This document shows, piece by piece, positions 13,501 through 26,563 of a stretch of 44,330 nt of DNA. The position numbers were made by a program, and so were the translations under genes. Source of the stretch: Octopus bimaculoides (Eukaryota); NCBI RefSeq assembly GCF_001194135.2, contig NC_068981.1, forward strand, positions 67,945,045 to 67,989,374, given 5' to 3'. The notes below the pieces were generated by a model, which had not been told where the DNA came from, did no database searches, and worked only from the letters and a program-made list of their open reading frames with translations. Every line of letters starts with the position of its first letter. The first letter of the stretch is position 1.

Positions 13501-15404
13501 TATAGATTAAGAAGAAATACAAGATCACTAGAGATTGCAACTCGGTTAGACACAAAAGTATTAGTAAAAATTAAATATCAGTCCCAGTTAAAATATGCCA
13601 CTGATTTAATTTAAATTTGTACTAATAATATTCTGAGACAAGTCTGGATTACACAAATCGAAATACCGCGGTTTCCAATGAGTAGTTCACAAGAGTTAAA
13701 TAAAAATTCTTTGAAATAACTTTTTCATTCAACTTTTGCAACTCTTTTTTTTATTATTCAACTAGCTTTTGGCGTAGGTGACGTAAATTTGTATTAGTTC
13801 ATACCTAAAATTTAATTGCACTTTCTACTATTCAGTAACTCAATGGTTTCTCTATGGTGTAATGCAAATTAGCATACATTAGAGTTATCTTTTAAATGCA
13901 ATAGAAGGAGAGAAATTATAGAGCTTCTATTCTTTATCTCTGAAAATCTGCATTCTGACTTCAACTATCTTCAACAAACTTCAACGCCGCTATCATTTTT
14001 CTCCTCGCATCCTTCTTTTATTGATAAATTAAATAACGGGTTGAATTCCAAGAAGTATTCTTCATCCTTAAAAATGTAGGATATAAAATCATGTCAGAAA
14101 TCAATATTGATTCTGTTTAGTGTAGCATAATGGTCATGTATAAGCTAAAGGAAGGAAAACGTGAATTTAAATCACGCCCTAATTTTCAATGGTTGTTACT
14201 ACATATTATCTAAACTTGCATGTGAATTATAAAGCCGAATATGATAAAAACTTAACTAAAGGTTTGGAAAATCCGAACAAAATGGCGGTGAAATCATCTT
14301 TGTTAATTCTGAGGAAGTACTGTTGTAAATATGCACATGATATTCATAATAATCATATGATGGTTCTATTGAATTAATTATTCGATGACAACATAAATAT
14401 CCTGCTAGTATAAGGAAAGTTATATCAAAGAAAATGTTTGGATTTATCTAACGGCCATTTGTATTATATATATATATATATAATTTATTCAGAAACATAC
14501 ATCCTGTTGTTTGCATCTTCATATTGAATAAATGTTCGTAATGTTGCATCAAAACAATGTAATTAGAGAGCCTTGTGCTATAAAAAAATCAAAGGAACTG
14601 ATAATACTCATTGCTTTCAACAGGCACGCGATTAATACACTAGTATTTTAATCAGAGTATTTCTGATGAAAACTATCCCAAAATACATCTTTTCATATTG
14701 GATGTAATTAAGACAGCAAACATACAAATATACAGACATAAATGAATTACATTTTAATGTTATGCGTTATTTTAAATGCATTCCACCGAGCTAAAATATG
14801 GCGTCTTGGAGCAAATCTGACAAAGAAGGGAAACGTGATACAGAAATGTACAGAAATATCTAGAAAAGATGTAGCTTTATTTATAAAGTATAGAATTTTG
14901 TATTTTCAAACAAATGATTCTAAAATGTTTAAACGAAAAGATTATTTTCACAACCTACATAGGAAATTGTTTTCTCTTATTACATATTGAGTGTCGCAGC
15001 TGGTTCTGCTGATAGGATATTGGCCGACTGACAAAAGTTATATTAAAAATCTCACAATATTCTTATCTTTGAGTAACACGGCGTCACAATATAAATTTAA
15101 AGAATACTTATGTTAAGAAAGTCTAATAAACGATTATATTTAACATATTTACTTTGTATAAATATTGATATTGGTGTAGACAATGTATATATATANNNNN
15201 NNNNNNNNNNNNNNNNNNNNNNNNNNNNNNNNNNNNNNNNNNNNNNNNNNNNNNNNNNNNNNNNNNNNNNNNNNNNNNNNNNNNNNNNNNNNNNNNNNNN
15301 NNNNNNNNNNNNNNNNNNNNNNNNNNNNNNNNNNNNNNNNNNNNNNNNNNNNNNNNNNNNNNNNNNNNNNNNNNNNNNNNNNNNNNNNNNNNNNNNNNNN
15401 NNNN

Positions 15405-15445
<41 letters not shown>

Positions 15446-15469
15446 CATATACATATACAGAGATAGGCG

Positions 15470-15625
15470 AAGATGTGGTCACTATAAAAAGTTTGCTCTC
15501 CAAATACATGTCTCGGTTCAGTCCTACTGCATGTGGCCTTGGGTAGTTTCTTCTACTATAGTCTGTGCAGACAGAAGCCTTGTGAATGTATTTGATAGAG
15601 ACAAACTTAGCGAAGCGTGTTGTAT
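15470..15625 (+). mobile_element. Partial SINE (23018 family head)
   Basis: ggttcagtcctactgcatgtggccttgggtagtttcttctactatag...agccttgtgaatgtatttgatagag aligns with 23055-23160. Confidence 0.75.
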
Positions 15626-17171
15626 CTATCTATCGCTTTCTCTATCTCTGTCTGTGTATATACACACATACATATATGCCTTTGTGTTTTAGGACTTTAA
15701 AAGCCCAGAAATGATTAAGGAGAAACTTAAGCCCTGTAGATTCACTCTAAAAAGATCCAAATCGTACATACTACACGAACGATCTCATTCTAGAAAATGT
15801 CGTCATGTACGTATAGTTAGAAAACTAACAACGGATACGATTCGTCTGCATTGGGTGTTACTATAATGAAGACAATATATCATTCCCTTGTATATTAACG
15901 TTTTTATCTCTTTCTGTAGTGAATAAAGGAATGAAGTACAATATATTTATCTTATCACAGCAACACATTTCCATTAGTAATGTACATACTAGGAATTTTA
16001 GATGACTCAAGAACACGAGTCGATAGTGCTCATTACAAATATTGTTTGCTCTGGAAAATGAAAGTTAAATGAAATGTTTGAATTCCAGAAGACGTGTTAC
16101 GGCAATTTTACGTTCAATTGCTTATCAGAAAAAAAGTAATAGATAACGGGAAGAAATTGAAATATCTTAATGTGTAATAAGTAAATTTCATCGTTTCCAA
16201 CTATGTCAGCTACGGGTTTAAGTCTGATTAATACTAAGCTTGATGTAATAGTCATTACTCAAATTAATCGCTTTTTGTTTACTACTTATCGTCTAAGCCA
16301 TTCATGAAAAGAATGAATATGTAAGCATGCATGTATACATGTGTACACGGTTACATACATACACACACACACACACACGCACACACAAACACACGCACAC
16401 CCACACACACACACACACATATATATATATACATACGTATACATGTGTGTAGTATGTGTATTGAAAGTATCGGCAATATAATGTAGTGTATAAAAGTGTG
16501 GAGTAGTAACAGATTGGTCAGAGGTATTATGTAGGGCCTTCATTGAACACCATGAGTAGAAGCATCACAATGTATTATAGACATTCCTAATCTATCCGGC
16601 GACTGAGGTCGTGGCATTTAATCATGGACTGTATCCATAATGTATCAGATAAATAATGCTACTAAGCATTGTTCTAAGTAACGCAAAATGAGATATGCCC
16701 TACCACATAACGAAGGAGGAGACGTTCTTGCACGCTCAGAAATTTCGTTCATTCCGCCACTCCCAGTGGCGAAAATTCACTGAAATGAGAAACTCTAATC
16801 TAGAATGATCTACTGTATTTCCTTATAATTATTGCGCTAAACAAATGGTAAACAACATTCTATATCCTAATACCTTACATATATATCCATATCACAGTGT
16901 TTGTCCCACTGTCATCCTGTACAAATCTTAGCAATACTCGTTGATGTGTACATCAACGGGTATTGGCTGTTCGTTTTTAATTACTAATCTTTTAGTGGTG
17001 ATGTTTTTTTTTTTATAATTCATGCTATGTTATTTCGCAGCCAGCGTGTTTTAGTCTTGTTAATTTATTGTTTGTATATATTAGCTGAGTCGAGCAAGTG
17101 TAAGAGGTTGTGGGACATCTGAATATGTATGGTTGTATTAGAGAGCATAAATAATTTCCAATCTATCTTTC

Positions 17172-17323
<152 letters not shown>

Positions 17324-18391
17324 CCTAATTTTCCAAAACTTATCGCCCTCATTTTTTTGCTATACCCTTTATTTTGCATATATTTTCTTACCGGGCTATA
17401 TTGGGACATGCACAAAAGGTCATAATACTTTTGCTGATAACGCAGAAGTAGTGGGTCAGTTTTTACGTGGTAGAGTTGATAAGATTATGTAATTACAGCA
17501 ATCCACTTGGTGAAACCTATGTATGTTATATATGACTGAATTACCGAAGTTTTCTGCGTTCATTTTTATTACACACGCAAACACAATCACACAAACATAT
17601 ACATACCTAAGCAGCTACTTGGAGAATGTGAAAGAAACAATTATACAACATACTGTGTTGTCCTGAAGAATATTTATCACTTCCGCATATGTTGTTTAAT
17701 GTACATTTTATCCTATATTTACTTGCCAAATCATATTCCAACATTCACATTTACACAAGAGAATACCGTAAACAAAGAATAACATGTCATACAAATGCAC
17801 TCGCATATATAGGTAGTGAGAAACATACATAGAGAAATAACGGTAACTGCATGCATGTATGTGTGTATCCGTGAATGAATGCTTATGTGTGTATGCTTCC
17901 ATATACACGTATAGACGTGTCAGTACGGATGCACATATTTCTTTTTAATCATTACTCCATTCTCTAGAAGATGACTTTCTCCATAGGGCAATGGTACTCG
18001 TTATTGGTTCACTTAAATGGTTTGTTGCAATTTGCAACATTTCTATAACAACAACGTCATCTTTATTCCTAAGCTCTTTTTTTCACCTTTTTTGTAAAAC
18101 ATTTTTGCTGATACAAGTCATTGTTCATGGTAGAATTTTATGTATAATTTAACAACTCAGATTGTTTCTTTGATGATGAGCGAAAATGCATATGAATTTC
18201 TCGTATTATTGAAGTTAGGGAGAAAAGAGTGATAGGAAAATAATAGAAATAGATAAACTAAATATTAAAACTGATCCATTCTGTTCGAAAGATTATATTT
18301 CTTACAAATAATGTGTCAACAATATTACGGAAACGTAGAGAACTAAAGAGATATACTTATTATATATCAGGTGAATGGAGTGAACCAATAT

Positions 18392-18681
18392 ATTTTTATT
18401 TATTTATGCGCCATTTTAAAGCCTACCCAGACTCATGGGCCCGGTTTCCCGGTTTCTATGGCGTACGTACCCCCACCCAAAGCTCAAGTAAAATGGAGAA
18501 AAGAGAGGGTGAGAGAAAATCGGGACGAAAGACTACAACGTGTCGTCACCACCCCCTGCCGGAGTCTCGTGGAGCTTTAGGAGTTTTCAATAAACACACA
18601 CAACGCCCAGTCTGGGGATCGAAACCGCGATCCTCCGACCGCGAGTCCGCTACCCTAACCACTGGGCCATTGCCCCTCCAC
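18392..18681 (-). mobile_element. tRNA-derived SINE, apparently full length
   Basis: Minus strand: A box tggcccagtgg (18669-18659), B box ggtttcgatccc (18626-18615), body, and an (AAAT)n tail at 18407-18392. Confidence 0.85.
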
Positions 18682-18705
18682 TATATATTGCTGTTTATAA
18701 ATCGT

Positions 18706-18910
18706 GGCCGCCTGGCAGAATCGTTTGCAGGCCGAGCAAAATGTTTAGCGGCATTTTGTCCATAAATAAGATTTAAGCTTAAATTCCACCGAGGTCAACT
18801 TTTTACCCTTTCGGGGTCGATAAAATAAGTAATAGTTGAATGCTGGGATCGATATAATCGATTGAACCCGCTCACTCGGAGTAGCTAGTTTTGTGCTGAT
18901 GTTGAAACCA
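18706..18910 (+). mobile_element. tRNA-derived SINE (5446 family)
   Basis: ctggcagaatcg...ccaccgaggtcaac...cctttcggggtcgataaaataagta...gatcgatataatcgat. Confidence 0.85.
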
Positions 18911-21002
18911 ATATTATAGCAACATTGTACTTTATTTTAAAGAATATCGTTAATTCTCAAAACATTAATTCTTCATCGTTTGCCCACAGATGCCATTCAC
19001 GCATGAGTACCTGTTATGCAGAACATGAGCACCTTACGACAGACCTCATGTATTTGAATCCAACAACAGATACATTGAAAACATTTTTGAATGAGCAGAC
19101 TGGAATGTAATCTCTTTGAAAGCTACTTCGACGCATTCGTAACACATGGGAAAATTCTAATACGTCATACTATCAACACATGAACTGCACAAAAATAAAA
19201 CATTTAAATCTGCTACACTTTTGATGATCGCTCATTATACACATTGCAAATATAAAAATTATTTTAAATGTCGTCAATAATGCTTTCTGATTACAGAACG
19301 CATCAATGGAATATGGTAAACAGAATTATATATTTCATGAGATTTTAATCAATTTAGAAATTTTGTTATTCTAAACATCATAATTTTATATTCCAAATTA
19401 TAGTATTTTGCAAAGTATTCGTTTCTGATATGGTAATTGTTTGCGTCAGTACTCTTTCTTAATCTGAAACAATAGCTGACGCTGTTCAGTTCGTTAAGCT
19501 TCCTATTTTCTCGTCATATGAACTAAAAATGTTTAAATTTCGTTCGTCACAATCACAATATAGCTTCAATAACTAAATATTTGCACTTGATGACATCATA
19601 CTGGAAAATACATAATAAAACTTTGTGAGCTCAGCTCCAGTACGGTCACTTATAATGTGTACTAGCGAACGAATGAGGAATAAATATTACAGAATACAGT
19701 TATCAGTTAAAAATGCATATTTCTTAGTAATATTATAAACACAATTATCACTGGAGGTGCAAAAAATAGATAATTATGGACTACTTTCTTTAGTACATAT
19801 GTTTATCTAAAAATGAGCTAAATGTACAAAATTTTATTGGTAAGCATAGATAAACATAAGTGGGCATTATGTACTCTGCTCCATGGTGTTAAATTCAAAT
19901 CATATATAAGGAATGTGAAGTATGTAGTTTTTACTAAATTGATTTGCTTACCATCATCAAAAGTTATGCGTATTCTGTGTATTCTGTAATATTTAATTAA
20001 TATTTAATTCCAATATTATATGCACTTTCAAATGAAGATAAAAAGTGGAGACAATATATACTCCGCTTATTCTCTCTAGATTATTGTCTTCAACACTATA
20101 ATTACTATGCGGATGAATGGAAGAAAAGAATCTCGGAAGGAGTTGAAACCCTCATTCTTATATCCTGCCCTAGATACCACCGATGCTTAGGAAGATGTAC
20201 AGCTTCTTTAGTTATTTGAATTTTCTTTTGTGGATTAAATTTGACGTCTATATTTATTCATGGTTTTTCATCATATAAAAGAAGAATATGTTGGATTCAT
20301 TATGTCACAAATACAATTCCCAAGTCTTAATTTGACAGTTTTAAAACTATCCCCTTTGTTCGGCAGATAATTTGAAGTTATTCATATTTAAGATAGACAA
20401 ACTTTATTCATTTATTCAAGTGAGGAAATGAAAAATTACGACCATTGTGATATAAAGCTGTTTCATTATATATTTGGAGATGTAGAAGCTTTCACAGCCG
20501 ACGTAGTTCAGTTGTAATTAGCGATATATTCTTAACTGCTGTATTTCTCTTATAATGATTGCCAAATAGTACTAATTAAAAAAGCATAAAATATATTTTA
20601 TGTCTTCACAACGACAAATAGCTCGAGAAAATCTAATTTAATATGTGTTCCGAAAAAAATGAATCCTTGTTTTGTGTTTAATTAATCCTTAATAAACATA
20701 ACTCAAGCGCTTCTGTCTTCAAGTTTTAATGTTAACATTATGATGATCTCATATGACCGAGGTGTGAACCAAAAGAGCTGCGACTACAAATCAGTTTCGA
20801 AGTAAGAGTGAAAATATGATAATTTTCTTCATTCTAAAATCAATTGGCAAACAAACTGTCGTATTATTTTTTTATGACCAATGGATATAAGGGAGACGAT
20901 CAATTTCTGAAAGTTACTTCGCAAAGAGTTACCGTCCTTCAGCACGTAACCCTGGAACGGGCTCATGCTGCCCCTAGGGGGACCGTTACGGCCGTTATAA
21001 TC

Positions 21003-21044
<42 letters not shown>

Positions 21045-21080
21045 TGGCATTTTGTATTACAGGTATAAAATCATCAAAAG

Positions 21081-21298
21081 GAAGCGAATTAGTAGAATCG
21101 TAAACAAACCGGGCAAAATTCTTAGCAGCATTTCATCCGTCTTTATGTTCTGAGTTCAAATTCTGCCGAGGTCGACTTTGCCTTTCATCATCACATGTTC
21201 TATAAAATAAGTACTACTTGAGTACAGGGATCGATGTTATTGACTATCCCCTACCCCAAAATTTTAGGTCTTGTGCCTCTATTAGAAATGATTATTAT
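21081..21298 (+). mobile_element. tRNA-derived SINE (5446 family)
   Basis: agaatcg...ccgggcaaaat...ctgagttcaaattctgccgaggtcgactttgcctttcatc...taaaataagtac; tail ggtcttgtgcctctattagaaatgattatt. Confidence 0.9.
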
Positions 21299-22513
21299 AT
21301 ATAATCATAAGCTACCAGCAAGCATTCAATAAAAAAATTGATAGCATGGAATTTTTTTCTTCTTTTTCTTATTCAAATCTAGGTAAAGCCTTAGAGGTTC
21401 TGTGTTTGATCTCTGGTACTTCAGCATGGATTTAATCCTTTATTTTCAGGGATCAAATAAAAATCCGAGTGAAGTGATGATGCTAGTTGTTGAAATATGC
21501 ATGATATTGAAAACATGATTTCTATTTTATTAAGTTATAAGGAATTAAAAGAAAGTATTTAAAATAAGAAAAGAGAAATATGTCAAAGATCAGTTATTTC
21601 TCATATTCACATACGCATTAGCAATCATCCATATGTAAATGATTTTCTATACATCGGATTTTCATGGAGTATATATATATATATATACATACACAGATAC
21701 ATATACATTTACACACACACGGGCACACACACTCACACATATATATGAGTGTCTATGTAACTGAAATGATAAAATAAAATAGGAGAATTCTAAATATATG
21801 TTCCTGCAAAGATAAAATTTGATGTGCTTTTTTAAGTTTCTTAAGCATTTGCACTCTCAATATCTTTTCCAGTTTAGTGAAGATCATTAAATTCATGCAA
21901 AAGCAAATTCTGACTAACTGCAACGATAAGGATTCATTGAGAAGTAGCATGGATCTTTTGCATGTTTTTTTTTTCATATACGGAAGCTTTATACAAACAT
22001 ATATACATACATGTGTTCATCTCTCAAAATAATATATGTGTTAGTGACTGTATATATGTGCGTGTGCGTGTAGGAGTGTATGTGTTAATGGTTGTGTATG
22101 TCTGTGTTTTATATTTCATTTTATTCATATACATTTGCGTGTGTGTTTGTACGTGTGTGTGAGTATAATTTGGCCAATCATAGTATTGATTTTCTTGTCC
22201 TCCCTCTTTACATTACATCATCGACATACACTTAAAAAATATGCATCATTATGCAAAGACATAACCTTAAAGAAACGGTATCCTATTTTACTTGATTGGA
22301 TGGTTTGTTTTGAAGAAAAAAATAGATTGCTTGGAAATGGAGTCAGTATGTAGAGAGACTTTACGGAAATCAATCAAAAAATTTTCAGTGGTATTTTTAC
22401 AATTCTCAAAGTTCGTTTTTCGGTGAGAAACTTGTATTATCCTGATTTTGATTATTGACGATGTGATTTTTAGTAAGTAACATATATATATACATACATA
22501 CATACATATATGT

Positions 22514-22554
<41 letters not shown>

Positions 22555-22655
22555 NNNNNNNNNNNNNNNNNNNNNNNNNNNNNNNNATATATATACACAC
22601 ACATATGCATTATTTTTAATATTATTTGCTTTATTACTACCACTGCTAAACATGT

Positions 22656-22870
22656 AAGCGAGCTGATAGAATCGTAAGAACGTACGACAAACTGCTTAGG
22701 GCATTTCGCGTGTATTTATGTTCTGAGTTAAAAATGACACTGGGGTTAACATTGCTTTTCATCGTATTGGTGCCGATCAAATAAGTACAACTTGACTACC
22801 AGGGTAGACGTAGTTGCCTAGTGCCTACCCCAAAAATTTTAGGCCTTTGCATCACGGTTTGGGAAATATA
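22656..22870 (+). mobile_element. tRNA-derived SINE (5446 family), more diverged
   Basis: gcgagctgatagaatcg...ttctgagtt...gcttttcatc...aaataagtac...ctaccccaaaaattttaggcc. Confidence 0.8.
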
Positions 22871-23017
22871 TTAAGAGTTTCTTTCTTGAAAAAAAAAAAG
22901 TGAATTGTTAAATATTGGTCGACATCCATAAAGTGTTTCAGGTTATTATGAATATTCATGGTCAGTGTAAATGTTTGCTTTGAACATGCAAGCATAAGTT
23001 TGAATAGGATGTTCTGT

Positions 23018-23420
23018 GGAAAACATTGGCTGTGTGGTAAGTAGCTTGCTTACCAACCACATGGTTCTGGGTTCATTCCCACTGCGTGGCACCATGGGCA
23101 AGTGTCTTCTACTACAGCCTCAGTCCGACCAAAGCCTTGTGAGTGGAATTGGTAGACGGAAACTGAAAGAAGCCCGTCGTATATATGTATATATATATGT
23201 ATGTGCGTGTATATGTTCCCCCCCCCGCCCCAGCATCGCTTGACAAGCGATGCTGGTGTGTTTACGTCCCCGTAACTTAGCCGTTCGGCAAAAAAACACC
23301 GATAGAATAAGTACTAGGCTTCCAAAGAATAAGTCCTGGGGTCGATTTGCTCTACTAAAGGCGGTGCTCCAGCATGGCCGCAGTCAAATGACTGAAACAA
23401 GTAAAAATGTAAAAGAGATA
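23018..23420 (+). mobile_element. tRNA-derived SINE, full length, with an internal (TA/TG)n linker
   Basis: A box tggctgtgtgg, B-box-like gggttcattccc, ttgggcaagtgtcttc-type domain, internal microsatellite, and a 3' domain ending ggcggtgctccagcatggccgcagtc...gactgaaacaagtaaaa. An inverted homologue lies at 31557-31855. Confidence 0.92.
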
Positions 23421-26147
23421 TTCCCGAGAATTAAATAGTTTGTTCGGAGTTAAAGAGATCTTTTTGTGCATTAGACTTAGCTGGTTAAGGAGAGAAAAGA
23501 CACGGAGAAACCGTCCTAGCTAAGTTTACAGACTTTAGTGTTGCGGCTTTGTTTGATTTTGCCTTATATTAATGCCATTGGAAATATGGCTATGTATTTT
23601 CCTAGTTATGCCAGTTCGAAACTGAACGTTAGACACACCCGTTAATTACTACGATTATTTTAGTTCAACAACCTGATTGCTATGATTGCTTAATTTCTGC
23701 AAAACTTTTGACTTATAACAATTATTTCCGGGAGGATGACGTATCTAATATTAGTTGTACTAGCTGAGTACGTTCCCATTCTGAGTTTGTAAATCAAATT
23801 GGCTTTCCTATGTGTGCCATAGATGTTTTGTTGAAGTCTTTCAAATTTCTTGTCTCCGTATTCGTGCTCCCAAGCGTATTTTCTCTGAACTGATGTGAGA
23901 TGTTCTAAAACATACTGCTTTGACTAAGAAAAGATTTCACATTCGTAACATACCTTACCATTATTGAACTTGTAGATATATTTTTCAATATATCTAATAG
24001 TGACTGTCTGTTCTTCTTCCGGGATATTTGTGATTCCTGCTGCCTTATCAAGATCGTATTTGCAGATCTAGCACATAGATAGTAGTTTATGTATATACAG
24101 TTGTTTATGTATATACTTGTTTATGTATGTATGTTAGCTAAGACATTTGCAATGTACATGCATACTGTAATGGATTTTTGCCATTGTCGGTCTATAGAAT
24201 GAAACCAATTTTTTGAGAACATTGCTGAGGCAGTTATAATAGATTTATACCTTGTCTTATAGGCAACAACACGCAGCAAGTTTGCATGTAACTCGCACTT
24301 ACAGTTTTTAGTGTCTAACAATCAGCTTTTTCAAAGATTGGAGAGTATGGAGATGCGTTGACATTGTTTAGGTGGAGTATTTTAATACACGACGGAACCA
24401 AATGTGTTAAACATTTTCGGGTAGCAGAATCGCAACATGGTGGCAGAGGTATTTGATACAACGCAATGAGACAAATTGGTGTAACTCCCCCACAACATCC
24501 TGCTTAATTGAGTGATGTGGTCGAGGAATTAGAAATGGAAGTAAACATTTGTACCTACTTCACCGACATGTCACAGCACGCCGTTCACGCTACATATCGC
24601 TATAAAAATAGATAACAATGACTAAGATATGAATGATGATAACTAGTAATAAAACTGGAATGTGGTGTGTTTTGTTATATCAGTATCACGCATATATTCA
24701 GAATTTGAGCGTACATATCTTAGTGGACGTCAAGTACGTATGATAGGATAACAGTGAAATTCCCAGTTCGATAGCCATGTCATGTTAGCGCTATTGAGGT
24801 GTACGAAAAAATGCAATATCCTCGTTACTGTTCTAGCTATAACACTAATGAATGCAGATTTTACTCACAGTAGTAAGGATGTTGGTAACAACTTTGTTTG
24901 TATTTCGTAATTTGGAGCGAAACTTTTATACATATGCGATTCAAGAGTCGCTTTTTCCATGACACTCTACCCGCTTCGATGCACTTTAAATAGGATGGGT
25001 AAGAAGCATGACTTCCAGACGTTTCTGATATATTTAATCTATAACATTCGGTAAGTTCTCTGCTCTTACTTGGCTAGTATATTCATATCCAATTCCAGTC
25101 CCCGCTTGAGACATTCTGCTGCTGCAATATGTAGCCTTGCAATATTTTTTTCCGTTTCTTTATGCTGTACGTTTAAATCTCGTCGCACTCAACTTGGCTT
25201 TCTATCTTCTGAGAGATTCATCAAATATCCACTGAGGCTGAGTTGGAATTCCGTCCTCCCGCTGCCGATATAATAAATGATAGATAAGGACTAACCCTCT
25301 CACCTCAAAATAGATGGTATTGGGCATAATCTAAACGCAACTATTGTAGCTAACTGTGTATCCAAATTAGATAAACTAATTCATATCTTATCCTACATTG
25401 TTTGGTGATTAGCGAAAAGATATACATCATAGTGAATAGATTTACAGGCTTTTGCTTTTCCGCCAAACACCACCATAGAATATTTTACTTGTAATTCATT
25501 TTGGGTTGTGTAAGACCATACCGGTTAGATACTTTCAAAATTAAATCTATTGATATCTTTCTGGGCAGACTTGGGCCTGTTTTCAAGAATAACAATAGGC
25601 ATAATAGGTGAAGATGTACCATAAATATTAGTGCATCGAATAAAATTCTAGGTAGTGTTTACCTGTTTTTTATCTTATGGTCTAATTTCGAACCCAGCCG
25701 TTTCTTATTAGAAATGGTACTGATCTGTAATGCACACTGGATTCTAATTTCATGTCTTTTAAGCGCAAAATAATCTGAGCAGATTACGAGAATGATTCAG
25801 GCTATATGCTTTGATGGATGTATTAACCACATTAACGACAAATGTGGTACGCTGAATTGTCAGAAAAAGTCGTTCTACATTTCGGCCTTGATTAGCAATA
25901 CATTACGCACGTTTGGTGAGGTGTTGTGTTATTGAGCAAAACATTCATTTTCTACAGCTTCAGTCTACTCATCAGGAAAATGCGAATAATCCAGCGACAG
26001 GACGACATTCCGTCGTGTGGAGAATATATAAATAAAAACTGGCATTACGCGTCTATTGCTCGGAAGAACCTTTCCTCCTGGTAAATACATAAATATATAT
26101 ATAATATACACGCGGACGGCGCTTTCACTCGCATATATAAGCATCAG

Positions 26148-26179
<32 letters not shown>

Positions 26180-26499
26180 NNNNNNNNNNNNNNNNNNNNN
26201 NNNNNNNNNNNNNNNNNNNNNNNNNNNNNNNNNNNNNNNNNNNNNNNNNNNNNNNNNNNNNNNNNNNNNNNNNNNNNNNNNNNNNNNNNNNNNNNNNNNN
26301 NNNNNNNNNNNNNNNNNNNNNNNNNNNNNNNNNNNNNNNNNNNNNNNNNNNNNNNNNNNNNNNNNNNNNNNNNNNNNNNNNNNNNNNNNNNNNNNNNNNN
26401 NNNNNNNNNNNNNNNNNNNNNNNNNNNNNNNNNNNNNNNNNNNNNNNNNNNNNNNNNNNNNNNNNNNNNNNNNNNNNNNNNNNNNNNNNNNNNNNNNNN

Positions 26500-26563
<64 letters not shown>

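Noticed and set aside
16755-16803. Hairpin CGCCACT-CCC-AGTGGCG followed by CTAG, like a Helitron 3' end
   Set aside because: CTAG is ~28 nt from the hairpin, longer than typical, and no 5' TC end or second copy was found.
18600-18681. tRNA gene on the minus strand
   Set aside because: A and B boxes are present, but no acceptor stem closes and it continues into a SINE body and tail.
25945-25980. CTGATGA...GAAA on the minus strand as a hammerhead
   Set aside because: No stem II closes before GAAA and there is no stem I/III pairing.
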